This document shows, piece by piece, positions 21,591 to 36,300 of a stretch of 64,000 bases of DNA. The notes beneath the pieces are model-generated. The model ran no database searches and had not been told where the DNA came from. It saw only the letters and a program-made list of their open reading frames with translations. Position numbers and translations under genes: made by a program. The stretch covers positions 1,661,249 through 1,725,248 of the forward strand of contig NW_015167529.1 of NCBI RefSeq assembly GCF_001447785.1. The letters are read 5' to 3'. Position 1 is the stretch's first letter, and every line of letters starts with the position of its first letter. The stretch comes from Gekko japonicus (taxonomy: Eukaryota).

Positions 21591-24500
21591 GTAAGCAGCA
21601 TATGCAAAAGCAAGATCTATGGACTCTCACACCAAATTTAGTTGCTAAATATTAATGCATTCCTACTTAAAGGACAGCAACATCCTTAACTGACAGCAGA
21701 AAACTGCTTTCCCCCACTGCTAGAAGGCCACCCTCCTTTGGCAGTTATTTTCTGCCTTAGCAAGGAACGCAAGTATAGTTGAACTCTGCTTCGTAGTAAA
21801 GTGGGGAGATTAGTCTTGATAGAGATTCCCGCCCCACACACAGCAACCATTATAATTTATGGGCTACCAGTGAACTGGAATTTGCCCTCGCACCGAGCAA
21901 CCCAAAATGCTACTGCAGGAGGGGACACAGAACCTTTAGGAACAACATAAGGCAAAGTGTCCCTCTAAAAAGGCAAAAAATATTTGTATTAAACCCCACA
22001 TTTTGTAAAAATTGTAATGTCAATCATAGCTTCATTTTCTTTAAAAAGTTGGTAGAATGTAGTTAGACTATGTACCACTATATAATTTCCAATACCTGCC
22101 AGTGGGGCTCACCTGCTAAAACCTACCATAAAAAAATACACCATCTGCTGAAAAGCAGGCAAGTATTCAGTCAGGTGAGCTAGCTAGCTATAGTGCAGTC
22201 CAAGAACCTAGTACTATGAGTACTAGATCCCATTCTGTATTATGGTAGCATTTGCTATTTTTCCTTTTGCTGGCATAAAATTCAAGTTTTACAAAGGAAT
22301 GAGACTAAAGGCAAAAGCATTAGTAATGTTCCTAAGCAGAGAAGCTAAATATTCCACATCCATCAAGCATGATGACATTTATCATAACAAAATGTGTAAA
22401 TATATACACAACTGCCTCTGGGTTCACAGCCTGAGTTACAGACAGATGTCCATGTAGGGTTATGTCCATACTGTGAAATTCTTCTTGTAGATAGTGTCAT
22501 CTTATTTATGCACTTCCTTCATTTTTAGTCATGTCCGATTGTTTAGCTCACACTAAAGGACTAAACTAAAACTGAAATCTAATTTCCAATCTGAAGCTCT
22601 TCAAAGTCTACATTTTTAAAATGTTTAAAAAATTCAAACAGTACAACTTAGCCTTTTTAAAGCAATCTCTTCTGATGTGTCTTTCACAGGAAGTGAGAAA
22701 AATTATTTTCTTGCACCAGTGCTATAACCATAGCACAATGTAACAGCTACCTCATATCCATACAGTCATGACATTCAAGGTGTGGGGGCTCATAATGCCC
22801 TGTTTGACTGGAAAAACTGGAACTTGTACAGAAGCCATAGAATCAGGATATTCGAAGCTCTTAGTGGAGACTAGCCTGTTTAATAGTCAGAAAATGATGT
22901 TACGTTAGTTCCCTGCTATCTTTTTCTTCTTTATTTCTCTGTCTGTCCCCTCCAGGGATGCTGAGGAACCAAAAAACCATTTGTGGCACACAGGAGGCAG
23001 GTATTAATTCACAACACATAAACTGTTTTATTTCAATTTTACGGGACAATGTTCATGTCAGACTGTCAGGGAGGTTTCAGTTTTAAACTTGACAGGCGAA
23101 AGGGCAACAGGAATGAGGGAAACTTCATATAACTATATACCATAGATAGTTTGCTACAAAAATGTAGCAGTTTTGTTCTACCAAGAGGTTTTTGTAAGAG
23201 AGATCACTTGGCTGTCACTCCTTAGATAAACAGGTATAAGCTTATTTGTCACAAAATTACTAAGTCTGTGAAAGTTGTAATACACACACAGTTTCCAGTT
23301 TCCCTTAACACTTGATAGGGATGACTCTCTTTTCCTAGGAGCTATTTCCCTCAGGGAAGGACTACTGGTTCCGCTTCCCTATTTCAGGATCCTCTTTGTC
23401 CCTCCCCTCCCCTCCTTCCTTCCTAACTGCCACTCAGGTCTAAAATAGCATTCCATTTGAACCCCTTGTCAATCAAGGTTCCCAGACCAGTATAATGCAT
23501 CAGCAGTTAGCTGTCCATCACAGGTCATTAATGTTGTTAAGCTTTGAAGTTACCGAAAGCATGTGACATTACTGCTGCCTTGAAAGTTACTGGGTGACCT
23601 TGGACCAGACACACACATTCACTCTAACCTACTTCACAGGGTAATTGTGAGGATAAAATGGGATGAAGAAGAATCTCATATGCCACGCTGAGCTCCCTTA
23701 AGGAAGAGTAGGATTTTTTTTTAAAAAACCATTGAGTAGTTTTAAAAGAAACTTCAGAAACAATGATGTCATACACAGTTAATTCAATTAATATGGTGCT
23801 AACTGTGTCACACAATTACTGATCAATTAAACCACATTATTTCCAATGGACTGCAGTGACTGCCCTGCAACTGAATAGGTCTTACAGGACTTGAAACAAC
23901 AGTGATGAAAATATGAATGAGCTGCTAACTTCAGTGGCCTGAATTTGTTAGTAATTCTTGAAACTTGATAGGGGTTTAACATATACAAGTTTTTTCACAA
24001 TTGTTACTAAATTTGTAATCACATTGCCAGAGATCAATATGGCAGTTTGTAAAACAGAAGAGACAGTGCTAAGCTAACCATTAAATATTAGTAGAGAGTG
24101 TCCAAAAGTATATTTCTTCAGCGAATGAGTATTTTTCAGAAATAAGCCCAATCACATGCATGTTTACTCAGAACACAGTTCCACTGTTATGGGTCATACA
24201 CCCCATTAAGTGTACATAAGACTGCATTGCTAAGGAGAAGATGTACCTGGGAATAAGGTCTACTGAAATCTAATGGGCCTCACTTTCAAATAAACATGCT
24301 CAGGACTGGGCATTTGCTTAAGTATACTTAGGAAAAATGCTTATTAAAAAAGGCTTGGAATACGGTTTCTGGTACGACTGCAGTCCAAGCACATTTCCTA
24401 AAAGCCTAAACACATCTTTACTCTGATGTTATACTGAACTTACTGTAAAAAACTGGATCTACAGAACTGCAAGCAGAGCTCTGCTGGTGTCTCCTGCAGT

Positions 24501-24700
24501 TCCATGTCACCCAGAAGAGCTGTTTCTGAGGAGGATGAACCCCTCAGTAACAGCACAGGCTGCTGCACAAGAGGCTGCAGACCCACCCTTCCACAACTGG
24601 AAGGGCACCTCTGAATCCAACTCAATGTGCTTAATGTAGGCTTTAAGTTGTATCTATAACTGAGAAAGAAAAAACAAAGAGATTCTTAAAAATACACACA

Positions 24701-27007
24701 TTTAATGTTGATTTTTTTAAAATTCTAGAAAAGAGTTTCAGGAATACAAACATGTCAACCACCATGATAAAATGAAAACAAAAACATTCACAAATCTGTT
24801 GATAGTTTAGTCTGTCAAGCATTTTCCTCAAGTAGTTTCTAATCACTGTCTTTGTATGGAAGCCCTCCTATAAATACTGCTGGTGTTCAATGTGAATTAC
24901 AAGGATTGTAAAAAAGATTAATGATGAAAACTGGTTGTGTGAGTAACATTACAAGACAACCATAGTTTGCATTATCCAAAAAGACAAAACATTCAAAAAC
25001 TAACCTGTGTATTATCAAAATATTGTAGCTTTAGGCAAGGCAACTATAACTTAATAGCTGAGACTGTGTGAGAGATAAAAAGAGACCCACATTTTTTGTG
25101 AAGGCAAAACAGAAGTACATTTTCAGTTTACCACTTCTGTAAAGTTTGTACGTTTTCTGGCCAGCCACAAGCACAGGACAAGAAACGTGTCTATGTTTCC
25201 TTTGGCTATATCAAAGGTGACAGAGGATTCTTCTTGATCAAAACACAGTATTGTTTAAAAAGTCAAAGTAAGTAGCAGAATAAGCTTTAACCATACAGCA
25301 CCTTTTTAATTGTTTTGTTGGCAAATTCATGTCTGTTACCAAAATATTAGGCAGTAAAATGAGAAACCAAAGTAAAATAGTTGTGATTACTCTTTGGCAA
25401 AAAAAAGATACAACAAAAACTCAAAACAAAAAAATTATCTAACCTCAAAGAGACCTGTTACTTTGCAAGTAAAACAGAGTTATAAATTTAAAACTTGATT
25501 CATATTTATAAGAACAGAAGAGGTAATATTGTAATAAAAGCAGTATTGTTACTTCAAGTGGCAACATACTGTTTGTTGACCCTGTGCAATTAAACACTTT
25601 GTTCCAACTACACTTATCAAACATGAATACAAAACATTACATACAAAGGAATCTTGTGTGACTCCTGACTTTAATTACTGGGAGACAAAATTTACAATCA
25701 GTGTGTCACAAAACCTTAGAATTTCATTTAAGCATGTTCAAATTTCCATGTCCCGATTTGTTTCTCAAATGGCTGACTTTTATCCAAAATTAATTGGGGC
25801 TGCAGTCCTGTGCAGTTAAGTTGAGAAAGTAAAGGCTATTTACGCCACCTGGCCCAGACCAGAGACAAATAACTAGATATCTTAACCATGTTTACAAACG
25901 GGAACAAGCACTTCCTCTCCGTTAATCAAAGGTTGGTGTTGCAGCTGGATCTGAAGTGGATTTGCAGATTCTAGTTAGCAAAAAACACTGAAGAAGATGC
26001 TGTGCTACCCCTCCCTCCCATGGTTATCATTGACAGGGGAAAGGAGAGGTAAATCTGCACAGGAGGGGGGGGGGGGGAGGAACGTGCAAGCCTAAAGGGG
26101 CATTTCCTATCTGTAATCACAGTTAAGAGACCAGGAAATATGACTGCTCTGGATCCTGGCATGCATGGTTGCACCCTGACTTTACTTCTAAAAAGGCATA
26201 TGAACTCACTGACTCACTGCCAGAACACACAACACTCATTTGACACATATTCTGTAGTATGTGGCAAGCAACAGCACCCAATAACGCCTGAGAAGAAATG
26301 CTGCTGTGTAAATACTGCAACTATTCCTGATAAAAGAATTATGGGATATATAGTCAAAAGCTGCCCAATCCCATAATTGATATTGCATAGGTCACAACCA
26401 CACATATATACACATGCACACATAGGTGTACATATACACACATGCAAAGAATATATTAAAGAGACCACAAAGTCTAGTCACAGAGCAATTTACAGGCTCA
26501 ATATATATTTTTTTACACTTTGCTTGAAAGAAGAATTTAATATTTTACAGTCCTCCGTAGGAATTATATACACTGCACCTTATGAAAATCTAGGGTTGTC
26601 AATGTAGAAATACACCTTTGCAAACATTTGGGTAAGAAAAGATTAAGAGTCATCCTAAAAATTGTTTCCCTAGCTATAGAAAATATTCCCTAATCGCAAA
26701 AAAGGAGTATCCTTAGACTGTACTTTAGACAGTCACTCTGTATTCATGCACATCTTAAAGCAAACTGAAATCCCAGATTCCCATCCAAAGTCAATCTAAA
26801 TCTTTACTTTAAAAATGTAATAACCCAATCTTATTTTTTTTAATGTATCCTTATCACAATGTTTGTACTGTTAATAAGCAAGAGTTAAGGCTAACTTGGT
26901 TTCCATTTTTAGAAACATCGTAAAGTTTCCTTCTGCACGCCTGATTTACAACTGTGCATTATAAATAGTGAACAGCAGTACAGTGAACATAATGTTCTGT
27001 CCTACAG
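24701..27007 (-). other. Probable MTF2 3' UTR ending near ATTAAA at 24706-24701 (alternative AATAAA at 23032-23027)
   Basis: No TE recognised; AU-rich; Pumilio elements TGTATATA at 26572-26565 and 26412-26405. Confidence 0.45.
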
Positions 27008-27362
27008 TCAGGAGGCAGTTGCTCCTTCCCATTCCACAAGATACTGCACCTTTCCATCAAGCGTCACCCGGCGAGCCAAAACACGGTATTTTTCACCACA
27101 AGCTATCCTACCTGCCGCACCAAAGTAACTGGTAATAGAGTTCTTGAGATGGTTAAGCTGTAACTCCTGATCTGCTAAGTTATTCAGAATCTCTGTGTTG
27201 AGTTCGTCATACTGATAATCATCTTTGCCTTCGTCGTCTTTTACAATTTCAGAATTCTGAGCTTGGAGTGCTTTCCGTGGAAGGCGACCTCTCCTCCTTA
27301 AGTGTGGTATTGCAGCCGGCCAAGTTCTTCCTGTACGTGTCCTTTTCCTGGAGTCAGATAAG
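27008..27362 (-). CDS. MTF2: MTF2 exon 15 (to stop)
   Basis: [28 protein letters not shown]...[42 protein letters not shown]. Confidence 0.96.
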
Positions 27363-30300
27363 CTAGTACAGAATACAGAAAATGGACATTTACACTTAGC
27401 AAGCTAATTTAATAGTATGTGGCCTTAGTCAGGGTCAGGACATTATACTAACACTGCAGAACATGCATGTGCTGTTAAAACCACGACTACCTAATGTGGC
27501 ATAGCAGCAAAAAGCAGCTCAGTGGCACTGAACTGAATGGAGACCATCTCAGTGAGGCATATTTAGGTGACAGTTTACATACACACAAATGTAAAAGTTT
27601 TAGCAAGATCACCAGCATCACTGCAAGCCACACACCAACGTATATCTAAAGCTTTGGCTGCCCATTATGTTACGCTTTTGCTACTGAATGCACCACTAAT
27701 GCTTGATAATCTCAGTGGCAAAATTCATAGGTGCAATAATCAAATATAAAAGAAATAAGACTGAGTAAGGTTTTTTAAAATATTTTCTTTGGCTCTAATT
27801 TCTGGTTAAGGTGATAGCCGTATGAGCAGTACTAGATAGACAGACAGACAATAGATAGATGATAGATAGATAATGCTTGATAAACAAAAGTAACCAACTA
27901 ATTTTAAGACTATGCAAACAGACACAGAGTCTCTTGATTGTAGAAAACACAAACACAATCCAACCTTACTTGGTACAGTCACTATTAAGGAAATACTTAA
28001 CATGAATTGTATTTGCTTGCATACTGGCAGGGCCCCACACACTGCTGACTTATCTAGGGGTTCCTTATTAGTATGGGCTAATAGGACACCCAGTGTCAGA
28101 TATGCCTCTAATGCAACAGTTGCCACATGTAGCTCTCCTATACTATCAGAGAAAGTTAAGAGGGTGTCCTCAGACTGCATTGGTGTGGAGATAAACCTGC
28201 TCCCTATCACTGAGAATCAAGCCTGGTCTTACAAGCACAGATGGGGCTCAGTTTCTTGACCATGCTAGAGAACAACAGAATTCCAAAAACAAACAGAAAA
28301 TGTGTAACTGGAAGCTTAATCTAATCAATGACTTTTGCTTCATGCTTTATACTGGAACACAGAAATCGCTCTCGCCCAACTTAGTTCTGCATTTCTGCTT
28401 AACTGTCAAAGTATGAGCATAAATACTATCTTAGCAATACAAAAGCCAGTATAAACATTTAAAAGGTGAAATGTATACTCCAGACGGAAGTCACTTTAGA
28501 TAATTTGTTCTAATGTTAGAATTAAGTACTTTTTTATAGTCCCAAACTACATCCTTTATTCTTGAAACTTGGTCCCAAAAACTTGCTTCCAACCATGTAG
28601 GCATGCATGCTTTATTGTACTGAGAATTATGGAGTTTAACAACAATGGAGAAGGTAGCCTAAGAGTAAGCATAAAGGTCAAAGGACCAAAGGATTACTTA
28701 GGTGACCATTTAATAATATTCCTCAATATCAAAGTGCTTTTATTTATTTTACATTACTTCACTTATATCCCACCTTTCTCCACAGCGGGGAGCCAAAGTG
28801 ACTTACATAGTTTTCATCTCCTCCATTTTTTCATCACAACAGTCCTCTGAGGTAGGGTAGCCCGAGTGTGTGTGACTGGCCCAAGTCCACACAGAAAGGT
28901 TCCATGGCAGAGTGGGGACTCAAATGCATGCCTCCCAGATTCTAGTCAGACACTCTGATCATTATACCACACTGGCCCTCTCTTACATGAACAAAAGGCA
29001 CTTCTCCTTGCATAAGGAGCTGGTCTGGAGCTCCCATGGGCTCCCTTCTCAGTCTGCGGTCTCCTGAGCCCTGCTTCATTCCTGAGGGTCTCCAAGCCTT
29101 CAGGACCACCAGCTAGTGAGAGGGAGAGGTATCAAAGAGCCATTCTATGAGCAAAGCTCTGCTCCCACTTTGTGGAATCCAGCCCAAATTTTAGTCCCCT
29201 TTGAAATACAAGTTGCAACCAATTATATTCATAATCAATCATAAATTGCGTATTGATCAAGTTCTATTGGCCTTACCTGTAATGTTTAGGAATACAGGTT
29301 GAGGTAGTTTCTTTTGCACTGACAGTACCTGTAGATTCTACATCTGAGGTATTTGAAGAATGTGCTGTTCCATCAGATCTTCTGAGCCATTTCATGTCGC
29401 CATGTAACCAAAAAAATCAAACATTAAAATCTTATTTGACATTAGCCCATTTATAATGAAGCACATTTATTATTCCCCTACTTACCCAATAGTGCTAGGT
29501 AAATCCAAAGTAGGGGATTCTTGCACTATGACAGGTTCCTTTCCCAAAAAGAACAAAGAACATGACTTTACATTTCCAATGAAAGCTTTAATTCTGAAAT
29601 CAGTTTTCTGTTTGAAAGTACCATGTAACATAATGGCCACTATTTTGTCAAGGAAATGATGAGCAATAAATTAACACCACTTACCAAAAGTGATGGCTCA
29701 GACATTTTTTGAATCATTTTCCTGGTATATGGACCAGGTGGACGACCAACAGACTTTTTCTTTCCCTTTTTTTCTATACCATTAGTAACTTCCCTAGGAG
29801 AAAGCCAAAAGGTTAACATTTAAAACAGATACACTACAAAGAGAAATCATATTGTAGCTATACTTTCTTTTCACCCTAATAAACTAGCCAAGTTTACTCT
29901 TCAGAATGCATATACACAGAGCATTTAAATACAGATTTCTTCCCATAGCGATAAAAGCCACTCAGTGCTTTCTGTCTTTTTGTCACACTGTAGCATGCCC
30001 TATTTAAAAAGCCACTATAGAAACCGCGCCTGTGAATGGAACAAATAGACACATAGCTCCTGAACATCCCCACCTTACCCACCAACACTGTTCCTATTGG
30101 TCTCAGTAAAGAAGTTCTTCCCTTTGTTATCTTGACTATGTAGTACTGGCAGCTCTGAGACACTGAGCAGGAACTTAGGAGAAGGAAATGAAATGCAGGC
30201 TCGGTAGGAGATACTAACTAGATTTCGGCTACATCATAGCAAACCATTTAGCCATGAACAGGGAAATGGAAAAAGTGGTTGCAATTGCTGGATTGCAATA

Positions 30301-33300
30301 AAATGTGTATTTAGGGATGGGCAAGAACCAGCTCACGAACTAAGGTTCGTGATGAATTTTGTGTGGTTTGTAGTTTGCAAATTGAAGTTTGTGGCAGGTC
30401 AACTAGCAGAAATTTTCCATGAACTTTCAAGAGGTTGGTAAATAGATACATTTATAGACAGTCTTTGCTCAATCAAAATGTTTACCAAACTTCAAAGCAA
30501 TGGGGGGGGGGGTCTCTCCAGCCTTGGAAACACCAATAGGGACCCCTCCAAAGCTTCAGCCATCGCTGGCTGCCAGTAACAGAGTTCCCATGCTGATCTA
30601 TATATACCCTCAAGCTCAGCTTCACACCGTCCTCTGTTGGGTGTAGGCAGTTAGACAGAGAGGCAGGAAACTTGTTAACAGCAGAGCACATTCATTTATT
30701 GCTGATTATGAACACCTCTACCCTGATAGGGTTTGAGTGTTAGGTGGACTCAGAGCTCTGAGCCATCCTATCTCTCTGCTTATGCTGAGCAGCTTAGCTA
30801 CTGGGTGCCTTGGCTGAAGACCCACATTTATAGCCTCCCAGCCCTCCTGATTGTGAACTTCTCTGTGTGTCATGAATATGAAAGTGGATGCAAAGGGCGC
30901 TCATCATGGGGGGAAGAACTCCTCCACCCCTGCATACCACAGGCCCTCATACCCAGGCACGAAACCCATCCTGCCAAGGCCACTGGCCCTGGCAGGGCAT
31001 CACCAGTGGTCTCAGAGCCTCCTTCCCCTGATCTGTTCCTGGAGCTCTCCATAGAGACAAAAGAGTGGTTAGCACTGCCCAGACACCAGTAGTTTGGAGA
31101 GGGGGACTGACAGCAGTGATTCAGAGGGTGGGTGTGGGAAGCATCTTCCCCTACCACATCACAACTCCCTGTTGCTGCTCATACCTTGAGTACACTCCTC
31201 CGTGGCCCCTCCCAGCTCAGCATCGGAGAACAGGTGTGCCTCCCACCTTCTCCAATCCTGGGGCCCCATTTCCAGCCCACAGTTTGGAAATACTTCTGCA
31301 CCCTTCCCAGTGAACCCTCTGTGGCAGAGTGCCAGGTATGCCACACCCATGTCCAGAGAGGCACAAAATTCCCAACACTTCTTCTCCTCCATCCTCTGCA
31401 GGCACCTGCAAAGGGTGCACCCAACTATGTTGCCATCAGAGAAAAGAGTGGTGGCCCTTGGGAGGAAGAAGAGACCCACTCCCTCTCAGCAGGGAGAAGT
31501 GGAGGGGGAGCAGGAGGCCCCTCCAATAAAGACTACCCACACTCGGAATGCCGTGGATGAGACATCAAGGCAGGCCACCCTTCAAGAGGTCATTCCCCCG
31601 GGGACACTGACAGTGCCAACCAAAAGGGTGGCATGGAGGGCCCAGGAACTCACTTCGTCAGCCAGATTACTGCTGTGGATGGCCAACCCTTCTCCCTCGT
31701 GGAGGACGTAGCCTTTCACCAGCTGCTGCAACACCTGGCTCCCTGGTACTCCATCACCTTGTGAAGGACCATGAGCTGAGGAGTCTTGCCTGCCAGAAAG
31801 AGGAGCTGTAGCCCAGCACGTCTGCCTCAAAGAGCCCAACCAGGAAAGACTCCCACTACTGGTTATCAATGGAGAACTGGGAGGTCAGCAGCAGTAGGGA
31901 TACCAGGTGTGCAATGGCGGAGGACTTGGCAGAGGTGATGGTGAGGGAGTACTTTGCTGAATTCCCTGAGCCCACTAACGCCGATCCCCTGGAGTACTGG
32001 TCACACAAGGCTGTCATCTGGCCCAACCTCTATTGCGTGACTATGAGTCTCCTCTCCTGTCCTCCCACCAGTGTCCAGAGTGAGCGGGTGTTCTCCCACC
32101 TGGGAGACATTCTCAGCCCCCACTGCTCCCACCTGGACCCAGCCAGGATGGACGAGTTGGCCTTCCTCAAAGTCAACCTCCCCCTGCTACCCCCTCTCTG
32201 GACCTCACAAAGTAAGATCTAGGCCTACTGTTCTCCCCCTGCATGTCACCCATCTCTTCTCCTCTCGAGTGATCCAGCATGCACCCTTGGTGCTTAGGAG
32301 GGAGAATGGCCATGTGACGTCCTCCTTATTGGGGAGGACTGGTTTCCCTTTAAAAGTTCTCTTTATTTAGTTTAACAGGGTTGAATCTGCTGCCACCAGG
32401 AAATTTTAAGGATTTCCAAACCTTTATGCTTTTACTTTTGCTTACTGGTTTGGTAGACCGAGTTCAAGGCTCACGAGGAACTATGTGGTCCTGGGAAGTA
32501 TGTCATTCAGAGCTGGTGTAAACTTTGATAAAAGAGGATTTATTGAAACAAATACTAAATAAGAGGATGGTACAATGTAACTGGTAATGTGTAAATGATG
32601 AACAATTGCTTTGGTATCACACACAATCTTCTCCCTCACTGACAGGGATCTTTTCATGTAGCTTTGTAACACTTGTTTATCTCAATGCTATATGTGTTCA
32701 CTGTTTCTCTCCCGTTTGTTATGACCCTCAGACTTTCCTTTAACTGTTGGTCACTTAAACTTTACTGTTTCCTGTACATTCAACTTTCAGCTTTCTCTGT
32801 CTCACTGAACAACCCCAGCTGTCAGTTTATAACTGCTTCAACACAGAACTGCTTGTCTAACTCTAACTGAACATCAACTGTCAACTTGTAACTGTCACTC
32901 TTGACTGACTCACATACTCATCCACTCAGATTCACTTCCAAAACCCCTCCCCCTCTCTGTCAACCACCAATCATACCACACTTGCCTCTCTCAATCACTC
33001 TAGTCTATCCACCACAGCCATGCAACCAAACTTTTAAAGAGACACACACACACACAAAACAAGGAATCATTACAGGCCACCTTTGCCAGGTGGGGGGGGG
33101 GTGGCCCTACACCCAACCCTTTCTCACTGAAATTCCCCCATGGAGAAAACTGCTGGATACCCGTCAAAGAAAATCTCTCTCACCCAACACTTACTCCATA
33201 AAACATCATCAACCATATAACACAACATTTTTTAATTTTTATTTTATCTTTAGATTTATATCCCGCCCTCCTCCTCAGGGTCTGCCAATGAAAAACTTAG

Positions 33301-36300
33301 CCTCAATTCAACCCCCTTGGAATTGCCGTTTATATTATTCTTAAAGACCAGGCTTCTTATCAATTCATCTACAATAAATTTATCCACAACCCTTTTGTTG
33401 CACTAGTTTTTTCTTCCCAGAACAGCTGGAATATCAATGGATGTTTGGCAACTTTGGCAGCTACCCCCCATATCAAAATTGAAGGTCTCACCACCACAAG
33501 GGCAATACAGATATTTTCCATACTAACTCTAAAGTATGATACAAAAAGATGGTAACTATAAAATGCTACTCCATCTGGGATCTAATTAACAGTAAAGTTC
33601 TAGAAGCCTTAATAATCTTTAACTCAGTCCTGTTCTAAAGATCAGAGCAGACAACACATTACAATGAAATACAAGTCACATCCCACTAAAATCAGTAGCA
33701 ACATTTTTGCTATTAACATTTCCTCAACTAATACATGTCCAACATAGACCAAGAGTTTAAAAAATAAATCAAGAGGCATCTGTGGAACAGAAAGTGTCAT
33801 AATATTCATCTGCCTATTTGTCTTACCTCTGATCAGGCACAGGTTTAGATGATTTTCTGCCTTTAATTTTGAATTCATGCGAAGTTCCCTCAGGTTCTTT
33901 CTCAGCCTTGAAAGCAGCATTTGGTGGGCAAGGAGGAACACGAATTCTCAAGCCAAACAAATGTTTTTTCTTCTTTATCTCCTTTCCAGACATAAACCTG
34001 AATAATTGTTAATTGTGGAACATGGAGAAAGGAGTATTTCTTCAGACTTACCAAAAACCAGTTCATCCAATAGCATTTTATGTTTCTACTTTAATCTTAA
34101 ATTCCAAGGTTGTGAAAATGATAGCAATTAACTGTGCATTTAGTTCTCTAAAATCCTCTTAGCAATTACAGGTTCGGTCCCCAGAGAGATTCAACAATTC
34201 TGTAATATTTTTTCCACTGCTACCTTTAGTTGCCATCATTGGTACAGAACCTTTCCTTTATTAACAAACAAGCTCCATTGACCTGTTGTCTTGCGCCAAG
34301 CAATACAACACGTTTAAAACATGGATCACAACAGAAACATTTACAAATAATAAATAAAAGCATTACATCACTAATATAATAGCATTAAAAGATATTAAAC
34401 TCTCCAATTTGTCACATTAAGATGTAGCAAAGGAACATCTTACAGATACCATAAAAGACAAAAATTTGGCCACAGCTCACATCACCTCAGGGTTAACATC
34501 AGCCAACAGAAAAGACACCGCCTGGGGTTCAATGGCAAGATTATATTTTCTCAGAATGGGCAAGATCCCAAGTTCTCGTAATGAGGACCACTGATTTCAG
34601 GATAACAAAACATGGTCACTGGTTTCGATCATACTGGAGGCAGAAAGACAAAGGCGATCACAGAATGGGATGTTTACATATAACCCCTCAATTCAGCTGA
34701 GGACAAAGCATCCAGCCTGCCGAGCATAAAGAAGTGGCAGTTGGGGGAATGCTAAGAGTTGCAGGGGGAGGGATTCCAAGAGCTAAGGTGGAGAATACTG
34801 AATGTGCTTGAAACTGAATGCTGGTTCTGTCGAGTGTAATTGCCCTAATTTTGATCTCTCTCAATGCCTCATGGACACCCTTATCTTGGATCACAGTAAA
34901 GAGGAGACCTAGGCACTCGAGTTGGCTATCCACCAAATTACCCCAGGCACTTTAGTAAGTGTCTTCCCTCAGAAGATGTAAAAGACTTCTATAGGAGTTT
35001 GATGCTGGAAAAAGGGACTTCAGTCTCAGTTTAAAGGCACAAAGCCAAGCCCTACATTCCATTGAGTGTTGGGCAAACTTCACTCTTAATGCAGTTTGTG
35101 CACCACAGGATGGTACCCCAGCAGTTCAACCGACGTATAGTAAGAGTGGATAATCATTGGAGTCAGATAGTAGCATTTATATTAAGAGTAAATAAAATGA
35201 AAGTATTTAAAATGCATAAAACCTGTACAAACTTACATGGTCTTGTAATCATTTAATGCCTCCAAGACATGTTCATATCGTTCAGATTTTGGTGTGTCTG
35301 CCAGCTGTAAATAGTAAAAAGTAGTTTCGTTATATTCTAAAATCCTGACTATATAGGACAAAACTACCCAGCAAGCTAATCAACTTTCACAAAAATCAAC
35401 TGTCACAAAAGGAATAAAAATTTATTTGATATAATGTCCTGCATAGAGATGTGAAGGCCCGGAAAAAACCCAGAAAAATTCGGGGGGAAAACGGTTTTTT
35501 CCCGTTTTTTTCCTGAAGCCTTTTTGTTTTTTTTCCAAAAAATTGGAAAAATTGAAAAAAGAAAAAAAAAATTGATTGTGGAACATTTTATTTTAACATG
35601 ATGAATAAAATATTTTAAGACAAGGTGTTCAAATATTTTCCAAATCATTTCTAAAATATATATATATGGTATCAGATTGATCTAATTTCTGTGCACTGAG
35701 GACAAGTAAGTCCTAGGTTACAAACTGAACTCTCCAATGCAAGAACAAGATGCATTTCTTCCTTTAGGAGGTGCGATTATCAGAAGAAAATAAAAAAGTT
35801 TCAGTTTTGTTTTTGCATATGGGTGGGTATTCTGTTTGTAATAATTGTTTGGATACACTATATTTTAATATGCTAGTTGTGATAATTTCATGCCAAGTAA
35901 AAATGTCCATAGTCATATTTTATGTTCCTAAAGTAACAGAATGACTTTCAATCTAGAAAAGACAAAAGAAATGCTAATGTAGCATTTTTTTCAATTTTTC
36001 CAAAAATTACCGTTTTTTCCGAAAAAAATCGAAAAAAACCCGGGTTTTTTTTCCGCGCTTCAAAATTTTCGGAAATTTTACATCTCTAGTTCTGCAGGAA
36101 TTCTAGAACACATCTCCATTCTAAACTTTTTTGAACTATTAAGGCTGCGGTCACACGGAACATTAGCCACGCTACAGAGACGGAAGATAGGTGGATTTTC
36201 CGGGCACGATCACAGTGCCACATCTGGGAAGCGTAGAGCTCCCGTGCTGAACCCGAGNNNNNNNNNNNNNNNNNNNNNNNNNNNNNNNNNNNNNNNNNNN

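Noticed and set aside
31869-32222. Domesticated ZBED gene nested in MTF2
   Set aside because: Frameshifts, stops, missing catalytic core, retained TIR
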